A DNA stretch of 39,219 nt, taken from positions 1 to 39,219 of IMG/VR virus record IMGVR_UViG_3300025128_000119; one strand, given 5' to 3'. The translations under genes were made by a program, and so were the position numbers. Below the pieces are notes generated by a model, which searched no databases, was not told the DNA's origin, and was given only the letters and a program-made list of their open reading frames with translations. This DNA comes from a virus (Duplodnaviria; Caudoviricetes). This document shows, in pieces, positions 1-6,844 of this stretch; the stretch's first letter is position 1; every line of letters starts with the position of its first letter.

Positions 1-303
1 GTTAATAAGACCGCCCTGATGATGACGGCTGAAAATCCTGTCATCCTCATCCCTGGCTTGTTCGGCATCACGTCTAATCGGAGCATAAAACTTCCGACCT
101 GTCAATCTGGATATAGCAACCCACTCACCCATTTCCCCAATGTCGGGGTCGTGATATTCTGTAGGCATATACACCTCCCTGTCAATTAACATGCTTGTCT
201 GATGTACGTAACCAAGCTGCATGATTGTCTAGCACTTCATCCAACTCATACGTACCCAAATACTGTTCACACGCCCTACGTACTACCTCACTCCTAGTAA
301 TGG
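1..303. repeat. Terminal direct repeat, left copy (assembly overlap of a circular/permuted genome)
   Basis: Matches 38917-39219 at 298/303 positions (differences at 88, 106, 107, 139, 197); cuts through two genes. Confidence 0.95.
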
Positions 304-388
304 AGTGTTCGTCCGCAAAGTCTTGCAACTGATACCGTAACATGGGGGTCATTTGAGCCGACACCCAGACCTTCGGTTCTTTATCCAT
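182..388 (-). CDS. Ribbon-helix-helix (CopG/Arc-like) DNA-binding protein, 68 aa
   Basis: KVWVSAQMTPMLRYQLQDFADEHSITRSEVVRRACEQYL fits the RHH strand-helix-helix pattern; start reassigned to ATG 388, 6 nt below a consensus promoter. Confidence 0.75.
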   Translation of the reverse strand: MDKEPKVWVSAQMTPMLRYQLQDFADEHSITRSEVVRRACEQYLGTYELDEVLDNHAAWLRTSDKHVN

Positions 389-394
389 ACATGG

Positions 395-423
395 ATAATA
401 CACTACGGATTAGAAGTTGTCAA
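395..423 (-). promoter_or_regulatory. Sigma70-type promoter, probably giving a leaderless mRNA for the RHH gene
   Basis: Minus strand TTGACA (423-418), 17 nt, TATTAT (400-395), 6 nt, ATG (388). Confidence 0.75.
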
Positions 424-612
424 CTTTTTAATATCAGGACACATGGTCTGGTCGAGAGCAAACAATTCCATGTGAGTGGCACGTTTCCACTTATCACCGA
501 TGGTGACATTCGGAAAGCGTTTGCTCTCTCCAGTACAGAAGCAATACTCGATACAGCTACGTGCTATTTTGGCTTGCTCCACATCGGCCTTGTGGTATCT
601 GCGTTTTTTCAT
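403..612 (-). CDS. Hypothetical protein (Cys-containing, 69 aa)
   Basis: ORF in the tightly packed minus-strand early cluster. Confidence 0.55.
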   Translation of the reverse strand: MKKRRYHKADVEQAKIARSCIEYCFCTGESKRFPNVTIGDKWKRATHMELFALDQTMCPDIKKLTTSNP

Positions 613-620
613 ATCTCATA

Positions 621-719
621 CTATACTCCGAAAAACCAGTATATAAAATGCGCTCCAAAGTATATTGTGCCCAGAGTAATCACCATCCAGCCTAGTGTAT
701 CTATCCAGCCGTGTCTCAT
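621..719 (-). CDS. Small single-TM membrane peptide, 32 aa (not in ORF track)
   Basis: MRHGWIDTLGWMVITLGTIYFGAHFIYWFFGV; SD GGAGGTG; ATGA overlap with the upstream stop. Confidence 0.7.
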   Translation of the reverse strand: MRHGWIDTLGWMVITLGTIYFGAHFIYWFFGV

Positions 720-925
720 ACATCCACCTCCGTAGATTTACCAGCCTCAATCGCTGCCTTCAGTATTCCAACACACTTATCTAATTCATTGAAGTCACAT
801 GCTGCCATCAACATTGACCATTCCTTAGCGTCCAGCTCTACTATACTGAAAGCTCCGTGAAACATGGCTGGTGTCCAAAACAGTTCCATTTTGTCATTCA
901 TTACCACAACTCTTGTGTCATCCAT
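716..925 (-). CDS. Hypothetical early protein
   Basis: ORF with AGGAGGTG SD. Confidence 0.75.
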   Translation of the reverse strand: MDDTRVVVMNDKMELFWTPAMFHGAFSIVELDAKEWSMLMAACDFNELDKCVGILKAAIEAGKSTEVDV

Positions 926-936
926 ATCACACCTCC

Positions 937-1164
937 TCAGATGGTTGGAATGATTGGGAAATTGTCATCCGAAGTATGTAAAGCTCCGGCATCATTGCCC
1001 TCATCATCACTCATTGCAATCAAGTACGTACCATCACCGAATATAATCACTGGCGCGTAATTGTATAGCTGTTTCCGATACTCAATTCTGGCTATGATTT
1101 TACCGCTGCACTTCTGGGTTGCTTGTTGTTCCCAGTATGCTATCGTATCTTTTTGGTTACGCAT
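937..1164 (-). CDS. Hypothetical phage protein (SDDEGNDAGAL motif)
   Basis: SD leader AGGAGGTGCAAG-ATG; I recall this motif from phage hypotheticals; function unknown. Confidence 0.75.
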   Translation of the reverse strand: MRNQKDTIAYWEQQATQKCSGKIIARIEYRKQLYNYAPVIIFGDGTYLIAMSDDEGNDAGALHTSDDNFPIIPTI

Positions 1165-1483
1165 CTTGCACCTCCTCTCTGCCGTCTATATGCTTCCCAT
1201 TAGCCCAATACACTTCTTGCCCTGTTACTTCCCACCCCCAACTTTCTCTCAGGTCGTACAGCAACTCGCTTACGGTGGGGCGAGCATTCTCACCCCATAT
1301 GTCATCAGCAATGTCTTTCACTTCGTCAGGTGTCCAAGTCTGCCTTAGTTCGCCATAGTAATGGAGCTTCTTTCTGTTCAACTCCTCTGCCATGTGCGCA
1401 AGGTACATATCATACGGTATAGCTTGTATGTAACGTTCCGTATTCAACCAGTCTATTTCCCAAACCTCTTTGTATTCACTCAT
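1157..1483 (-). CDS. Hypothetical early protein, 108 aa
   Basis: Start reassigned to MSEYKEV after AGGAGGTGCAAG. Confidence 0.75.
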   Translation of the reverse strand: MSEYKEVWEIDWLNTERYIQAIPYDMYLAHMAEELNRKKLHYYGELRQTWTPDEVKDIADDIWGENARPTVSELLYDLRESWGWEVTGQEVYWANGKHIDGREEVQDA

Positions 1484-1622
1484 CTTGCACCTCCTCGTCT
1501 TTGTTTTCAGGTAAGAACAACACACCATCAGCTTGCATTTTTTCCAACACCTCATCAGGTAACGAATGTATATAGTTGCCTAACTTCTGTACGTCTTTGA
1601 CATCTTTGTCTGTGTCACTCAT
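1476..1622 (-). CDS. Small acidic hypothetical protein, 48 aa (not in ORF track)
   Basis: MSDTDKDVKDVQKLGNYIHSLPDEVLEKMQADGVLFLPENKDEEVQDE; SD AAGGAGGTGAAAG-ATG; fills the gap between neighbours. Confidence 0.75.
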   Translation of the reverse strand: MSDTDKDVKDVQKLGNYIHSLPDEVLEKMQADGVLFLPENKDEEVQDE

Positions 1623-1878
1623 CTTTCACCTCCTTGTTTCGTTCAGCTATGTGCATGTCTATGTTGACCTCGATAACAATCCAGTTGATACCTGTTTCGG
1701 CATCAGCCCTGTAGTGAATGCCATGTAGAATGTCCTCTGCCTCAGCACGAGATATGTCAACCCCCATACCTTCGGCTGTGTGAAGCACGTCATCTACGTG
1801 CCACACATGGACAGCAATCGCTGTATCAGGCTTGTAGTGCATCGTCAGATGTTCTATGTGTTGTTTTACTGTTGTCAT
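1615..1878 (-). CDS. Hypothetical phage protein (WxxDDV...GINW motif)
   Basis: SD AGGAGGTG; pattern I recall from small phage early proteins. Confidence 0.75.
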   Translation of the reverse strand: MTTVKQHIEHLTMHYKPDTAIAVHVWHVDDVLHTAEGMGVDISRAEAEDILHGIHYRADAETGINWIVIEVNIDMHIAERNKEVKDE

Positions 1879-1880
1879 CC

Positions 1881-2234
1881 TTACACCTCCTCTAAGTTAT
1901 CCAGGAACTCCGTGATGTCATAGTCGTCACTGAGTTCTTTTACGGTACTGGCATCCCACCCCATTCCATCAACCTCCTCCTCAATGTTCGCTAACCTTCT
2001 CTCTATGTCCTCCAAGTGCTTGTTGATATCAACTTGTAATTGATTTATTATCTTGCTAACCGTAGACTTCTTGACATAACCGAAGTAGTTAGGCATGTCA
2101 TCAAGCTGTGTGTGTGCGTTGCTGATGTCCATGTCATCTACAATGTCGTACGTGATGTTGTCAGCTACGTACTTTATATTCTCGGCTGCGTCCCTAGCTT
2201 CCGTGACTTTTGTTATAAACTCTTTCTTGTTCAT
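1881..2234 (-). CDS. Acidic coiled-coil hypothetical protein
   Basis: SD AAGGAGGTGCAAG-ATG; strongly D/E-rich. Confidence 0.75.
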   Translation of the reverse strand: MNKKEFITKVTEARDAAENIKYVADNITYDIVDDMDISNAHTQLDDMPNYFGYVKKSTVSKIINQLQVDINKHLEDIERRLANIEEEVDGMGWDASTVKELSDDYDITEFLDNLEEV

Positions 2235-2424
2235 CTTGCACCTCCTTGTGCTTTATTCGCTCGAACATGCGACTGTCTTTATGTTTGAAACAATTTGCAA
2301 GTGTACGCCTCCAACCAAAATACTCTAGTCTATCTCTATCACGGTGCATATCATGGCACTCTGACGTTATCCAGTCATCATACATAGCCGTGATAGAGGC
2401 TGTGTGCATTACGTTACTCATCAA
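2194..2424 (-). CDS. Hypothetical protein
   Basis: ATG overlaps the upstream stop; operon packing. Confidence 0.6.
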   Translation of the reverse strand: MMSNVMHTASITAMYDDWITSECHDMHRDRDRLEYFGWRRTLANCFKHKDSRMFERIKHKEVQDEQERVYNKSHGS

Positions 2425-2594
2425 CCGTGTCGGTCTATCAAGTCTTGAATAGATAACTTGCCTTCCTTGAACATGTCCCAGTCGTCATCGCTGACATCCA
2501 TCTGTTTGAAGCAGTCCTCGAAACTGTCCTCTAGCCAGTGCTCTGGTGTGCCATCGGCATATTCAGGGTTCTCATAAAATACTGTAGTTGTCAT
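2421..2594 (-). CDS. Small acidic hypothetical protein, 57 aa
   Basis: Start reassigned to MTTTVFY after GGGAGG; ATGA overlap. Confidence 0.7.
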   Translation of the reverse strand: MTTTVFYENPEYADGTPEHWLEDSFEDCFKQMDVSDDDWDMFKEGKLSIQDLIDRHG

Positions 2595-2818
2595 TGTGTT
2601 TGCGCCTCCCTGCGCAGTACGATATAGTGCCATGTGAATATGGCTATTGTTACTGGTATCACCGTCAACAAGAACACAGTGTCATCCGACATACGTGTTC
2701 CACAGCCTGATGCCTCATACAAAGTCTTGCCTAGCTTGTAAGACATGTGACCAAGCCAGTCATTACAGAAGTCTCCATCCGTTACGCTTAGGTACAGCCA
2801 GTTAGCTATTGCTTTCAT
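2591..2818 (-). CDS. Hypothetical membrane protein (one C-terminal TM)
   Basis: SD AAGGAGG; hydrophobic VFLLTVIPVTIAIFTWHYIVL. Confidence 0.7.
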   Translation of the reverse strand: MKAIANWLYLSVTDGDFCNDWLGHMSYKLGKTLYEASGCGTRMSDDTVFLLTVIPVTIAIFTWHYIVLRREAQTQ

Positions 2819-2851
2819 GTTGCCTCCTTCTAACCTTAGGGTTAGACTATG

Positions 2852-3244
2852 TTACCAACGTTCGTTAGGGTCTAGTGCATATGCGTATCGCTTAATCAAA
2901 TTCAAGTGTGCAACACTCTCACCTGCTACGTCCATCTGAGCGTTTAGCATTGCTGTGTGTAACAGTCGTAGCTTACGTGTGCCTCCAGGATAATCCCAGA
3001 AGTGACGCAGGTAGTGTCTATACTCATAAGCCCAGAAGTAGAAGATACCTAGATAGTTATACGTGCCTCGATATTTTTTATCCCAGTCAATCAAGACCTG
3101 ATTAACTTTCCAGTACATGTTGGCATTGACAAGGTAAAATATTTTGTCGTTGTTATCAGCTACCCAGCACAGCAACCTGTGTAAATGCTTCATCCGAACT
3201 TCGTTGTTTTCTGCCCAGCACAGCAACCTGTGTACATACCTCAT
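2852..3244 (-). CDS. Hypothetical protein with duplicated HRLLCW segment
   Basis: SD AAGGAGGTG; 21-bp perfect repeat at 3163-3183 and 3214-3234. Confidence 0.7.
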   Translation of the reverse strand: MRYVHRLLCWAENNEVRMKHLHRLLCWVADNNDKIFYLVNANMYWKVNQVLIDWDKKYRGTYNYLGIFYFWAYEYRHYLRHFWDYPGGTRKLRLLHTAMLNAQMDVAGESVAHLNLIKRYAYALDPNERW

Positions 3245-3504
3245 ACCCACCTCCTTGCGTCAATAACGCCTTGCTCATTTGCTCCAGCTTTTATCATCAG
3301 TCTACCTATAACTTCCAGTCGGACATCCCTACTCATTTTAAGAGGCATTTTAGCAAGCATCTCGTCCCACTTCACAAACAAGCCCATGTACTTGTCAAAG
3401 TGATTTTTATGCGTGCCCAAGCTATGTGCTTTTGCAACTTCAGGTATCATCTCATCGACAAGCGCATCCACTACTCCGTTTATGGCTTCAGATTTATTCA
3501 TCAT
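3241..3504 (-). CDS. Hypothetical protein
   Basis: SD AAGGAGGTG. Confidence 0.75.
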   Translation of the reverse strand: MMNKSEAINGVVDALVDEMIPEVAKAHSLGTHKNHFDKYMGLFVKWDEMLAKMPLKMSRDVRLEVIGRLMIKAGANEQGVIDARRWV

Positions 3505-3521
3505 GTCACCTCCTTAGGTGT

Positions 3522-3752
3522 TTATTCCTCGTGATTGTTGGCATCTAGTATTGTATCTAATCCGTTAGGTGTAACGTCTACAGGCATGATACCTATACCT
3601 GCTAGGTGTCGGATTTCGTTTTCAGTAATCGTCTTACGCTCACCTCTACCTATCAACTGCACTAGTACATATGCTCGGGGACATCGTGGATACCAGTGAT
3701 ATTGGTTGTACATACCACTACGCCGCTCAATGTTGTACGTGTAATTGTCCAT
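3522..3752 (-). CDS. Hypothetical protein, 76 aa
   Basis: Start reassigned to MDNYTY after AAGGAGGTGCAAGC. Confidence 0.7.
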   Translation of the reverse strand: MDNYTYNIERRSGMYNQYHWYPRCPRAYVLVQLIGRGERKTITENEIRHLAGIGIMPVDVTPNGLDTILDANNHEE

Positions 3753-3769
3753 GCTTGCACCTCCTTGTG

Positions 3770-4381
3770 CTAGTAATTTTTCACTGTCTCGACTATACAT
3801 ACTTCTGTGTTGGCGACATCGTAACACATCAGGCAGTTAATACACTTGCCAAAACAATTCTCACGCGGGTCATCTTGGGTGATAGTGTTGAATACCTTCT
3901 GAAATCCTGCAGGTGGTACTTCCATCACGTTATCCTTGATAGGATTTGAGTAGATGAGTATGAAATTGTCAGGGCGTGTGTACTCAGCGTTGTACCTGTT
4001 GATAATATCTTTGCGTTTTGTCCAGATTGAGCAAGTAACAGCAGGATTTTTACGTGCTGTATCATGGAAGTTCAGTTGATGGTCAAAGTTTATCAGTTCA
4101 CCATGTGCATGAAATCGCACTCGTAAGTGATGCAATCTCGGCAAGTCATCCCAGTGCATCCGCTCAGTCAGTAGTTCAGTGTTATGCTCAAACGCTGGTA
4201 CACAAGACTTGCGAAACCCTTCCAGCATTTGCCAACTGTAACAATCCCTGCATATCACGTTATCAGGCTTGCGCTGCATCGACTGACAAAACGCATTGCT
4301 CAGTGTGTTAGTGTTTATGGCTGGTATATGCTCCAGCTTACCTGTCATCGTGCTTATGTGTATTACGCCTGGAGTAGTCAT
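3770..4381 (-). CDS. Phage gp88-like protein (Cys-rich, possibly radical-SAM-like)
   Basis: C...CxxCY, RFHAHGE, WTK, PDNFILIYS and C-terminal CxxxCxxCxxC follow the gp88 family pattern; TAATG overlap suggests start MTTPG. Confidence 0.6.
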   Translation of the reverse strand: MTTPGVIHISTMTGKLEHIPAINTNTLSNAFCQSMQRKPDNVICRDCYSWQMLEGFRKSCVPAFEHNTELLTERMHWDDLPRLHHLRVRFHAHGELINFDHQLNFHDTARKNPAVTCSIWTKRKDIINRYNAEYTRPDNFILIYSNPIKDNVMEVPPAGFQKVFNTITQDDPRENCFGKCINCLMCYDVANTEVCIVETVKNY

Positions 4382-4851
4382 TAGAATTTGTTTACAAAGT
4401 TCAGCAATCTTTGCGCTTGCCATACGTGCGTAGTTTGTATAACGTCTTTGCCCTTGCTCAGTTTAGCGAGTATCCTAAGGTTAGACTTGTCAGGCAGTAC
4501 CAAGCCCAGCAATCCGTCAATACACAAGACCCAAATACTACCCTCTCGCAGTGTGCCCTTCTTGACCATGTTGCGAAACTTCGTACGTATTGCACCTTTA
4601 GCACCTGCACAGTCAATAGCTACCGCCAATTTGATAGCCACATGCAAGATTGAGCAGTCAAATTCCTGTTTCCCTGACTTCATACTGACGACAGGACTTT
4701 CCAGTGCAACGGCATTGCTGAATTGCTTGAGCAGTGTAGACGTAGGCACTTTGTAACTCTTGCCCTCTTTAGTGGTGAGTGTAAAATGTGAGGCATTAAC
4801 TTTGTTTTTGATACCTGTTAATTCAGGCGTGTACATGTATGTTTTTTGCAT
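4381..4851 (-). CDS. Basic hypothetical early protein
   Basis: SD GGGAGGA; 156-aa ORF. Confidence 0.75.
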   Translation of the reverse strand: MQKTYMYTPELTGIKNKVNASHFTLTTKEGKSYKVPTSTLLKQFSNAVALESPVVSMKSGKQEFDCSILHVAIKLAVAIDCAGAKGAIRTKFRNMVKKGTLREGSIWVLCIDGLLGLVLPDKSNLRILAKLSKGKDVIQTTHVWQAQRLLNFVNKF

Positions 4852-4862
4852 GTTATCCTCCC

Positions 4863-5012
4863 TTATCGGATACGATACTTGTCTGATTGCGTATAGTCAT
4901 ACTGACCTGTACGTATAGCGAGTTTGACATACTGCCTATTTTTGCGACTACTTGCACGTTTACTGCGTGCAGGTGCTGAATGTGTAACTGTGTTTTTGTA
5001 GGTCTTACTCAT
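4863..5012 (-). CDS. Small basic protein, 49 aa, apparently first gene of this minus-strand block (not in ORF track)
   Basis: MSKTYKNTVTHSAPARSKRASSRKNRQYVKLAIRTGQYDYTQSDKYRIR; SD GGAGG; contains a 17-bp motif copy at 4886-4902. Confidence 0.7.
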   Translation of the reverse strand: MSKTYKNTVTHSAPARSKRASSRKNRQYVKLAIRTGQYDYTQSDKYRIR

Positions 5013-5050
5013 GTAATAGTCCCTCCGTCAGTGGTTACAGTGTGGGTGTC

Positions 5051-5135
5051 TCAATGCACCCATGTATACACACTAACACTCAATAGCCAGTCGCTATTAT
5101 GGGGTGGTGCTAGTGTGCATCATATGGAGTATTGA
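5051..5135. other. Long imperfect hairpin (~33 bp of stems)
   Basis: TCAATGC/GTATTGA, CCATGT/ATATGG, ATACACACTAACAC/GTGCTAGTGTGCAT and AATAGC/GCTATT nested. Confidence 0.75.
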
Positions 5136-5150
5136 AATTTTATTATTGTG

Positions 5151-5735
5151 GAAGTCGTCACCGATAAGTTAAGGGTAAGTGCCCAACGTGTGCAGAATAA
5201 GACGCTCGTTTGATGACTTCAAGTGTGGCAATGATATAAAACAAGTCTATAGTTCTGACTATGATATTTTAGATTTTATATCTTATCACTTGCGCTATGT
5301 GTTGAGTAGATTGCCAGACTAGCCGCAGCTAATCAAAAGCGAATTCGCAAGAGGTTACAAAGTCCGGTTATTTTATACTTGTTCCTAGCTCGAAGGCTTG
5401 CAAGAATGAATTTCCACATGTACGGCTGCTTCAGGGTTGCCCACGCTTCATTCTTTACCAACGTTATCACACTAGTTACGAGTTACTAACAAGCAACCAA
5501 ATTATAAAAACTTTGGGCGGGTCATCTATTGCAACGTTGACCGCTAGTGCATCTATTCAATTGTATAAAATTTGCTTCCAATTCTGTGGCGGAATGACCG
5601 CCAACCTGCGCATACCTTACCACATATTCAGAAATTATGTAACCAATTTGGAAGTTTTAAGGTTACAGGCAAGAACTAGGAACAAATTGGTATTAGTAAT
5701 TAGCGCAAAAGTAGTGCATGGTAAAGTTTGGGCAA
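5151..5735 (+). ncRNA. Candidate large structured non-coding RNA (~590 nt)
   Basis: No credible ORF; several 6-10 bp local helices plus nested long-range pairs 5290-5297/5701-5708 and 5379-5388/5676-5685; G-U pairs favour the plus strand. Confidence 0.5.
5614..5643 (-). promoter_or_regulatory. Possible leftward early promoter
   Basis: Minus strand GTTACA, 18 nt, TAAGGT preceded by TGTGG (extended -10). Confidence 0.35.
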
Positions 5736-5877
5736 GCCTAAATTAGACCGCCAAAAACAACCCACACATACGCTTAATAATGGCAAGAAAACAAAGCAAC
5801 CAAGCCCACTATAAGAGAACAAGAAAACACCAAGCCAGTAGAACAAATGAGCTAAATCCTGGTATACACGTATACAG

Positions 5878-6207
5878 GTAGCACTATACGCAATCGGAGC
5901 GGATGCAATAAGATTGCAAGAAAACAAGTATCATGATATCGGATTGCAATCGGAGGGTTTTCCTTTAATACACGTGACACGTCAGGCGACTATGTACACC
6001 TATACGCAACGTACACAATCGGACACGCAGGCTATACGCAACGTCAGAAGCGTAGGCATATACGCAACGGATTGCGTATAGGCAGACGAAAACGTGGGAC
6101 TATACGCAATCGACTGCATGGCTATACGCAATTTCTGGCGGGGTGATTGCGCATAGGCATACGGAATTGTAGGACTATACGCAATGGCGAGTACGCCTAT
6201 ACGCAAT
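5878..6207. repeat. Array of 10 copies of 17-bp motif GTAnGnCTATACGCAAY (8 forward, 2 reverse)
   Basis: 11-nt cores start at 5884, 6000, 6032, 6058, 6100, 6122, 6175, 6197 (forward) and 6071, 6146 (reverse); 63-bp block repeated with 75-bp period (6070-6132 vs 6145-6207, 50/63 identical, ungapped). Confidence 0.9.
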
Positions 6208-6414
6208 GAGCGCGCGCGTGTCGTGTAGGTTCTGTGGTCTAGCACGTACTCTCTTATGATTGCCGATGGCCTCCGCTCTCTCCTGACCGCCGCACCCCCC
6301 CACCACTTGCGATTGTTCATTACCTGCTTCCTACATAGGGGCGCAACAAAATTTTCACAGTTTTCCTAACCACTGATGTTTATTGTAATGTGGTACATTC
6401 CTTACCTGATTTCA

Positions 6415-6423
6415 TGGTATACT
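6415..6423 (+). promoter_or_regulatory. Extended -10 promoter for terS, probably leaderless
   Basis: TGgTATACT, 7 nt, ATG 6431; no SD. Confidence 0.6.
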
Positions 6424-6430
6424 GCAACCG

Positions 6431-6844
6431 ATGGCAGTCCACAAGAACAGCCTCGCTAACCTAAAACGGGGTGGAAACAACGAAATCATCAAAAAGCATC
6501 AGTTTACTGCTGGTCCTGATGGCACCGCTGTACAAGCCGCTAACTCACGCTGGGAGCGTGCCAGAGAAGCGGCAGCAGAAGGCTTAGTGGATGCGTTAGA
6601 CAAGCGGAAAACAGGTGCTACCGTAGAGCAAGCCTGGAAACAGATAGTCAAAACGCAAGCCGAGCTTGCGGCAGACCCTGAGAAACGGGGTAGTACGCAG
6701 GCCGCACGCCTAGTAGGACAGGCGGCAGACCTGTTACCACGGGCTAACGCCCAGCCTGAAGCTAGTGGTCCTGCTACCGTTATCCAGATTGATGCCCGTG
6801 ATGCTCAGATACTACTTGCCCAGATAAATGACAAAAAAGAGTAG
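6431..6844 (+). CDS. terS: Terminase small subunit
   Basis: Directly upstream of and overlapping terL; N-terminal NSLANLK..G..F motif typical of small terminases. Confidence 0.7.
   Translation: MAVHKNSLANLKRGGNNEIIKKHQFTAGPDGTAVQAANSRWERAREAAAEGLVDALDKRKTGATVEQAWKQIVKTQAELAADPEKRGSTQAARLVGQAADLLPRANAQPEASGPATVIQIDARDAQILLAQINDKKE

Noticed and set aside
12-46. Hammerhead-like CTGATGA...GAAA
   Set aside because: Stem II cannot form and the segment lies inside a coding gene.
613-625. TATAGT 7 nt before ATG 612 as another leaderless promoter
   Set aside because: Overlaps the stop codon of the upstream peptide gene and lacks a -35 or TG extension; ambiguous.
5250-5366. Group I intron-like words (GTTCTGACTAT, AGCCGCAGC, AAAGTCC)
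   Set aside because: Not in P-Q-R-S order, no coherent P3/P7 core, and no interrupted gene.
5878-6207. Repeat array as CRISPR or mini-CRISPR
   Set aside because: Core is only 11 bp, occurs in both orientations, spacing is irregular, the intervening sequences are themselves duplicated, and no cas genes are present.
5513-6320. ORF-track frames 5513-5746, 5700-5927, 6000-6320 and a 33-aa frame at 5780
   Set aside because: No SD or well-placed -10; the IAY repeats in 6000-6320 are simply the translated DNA motif.
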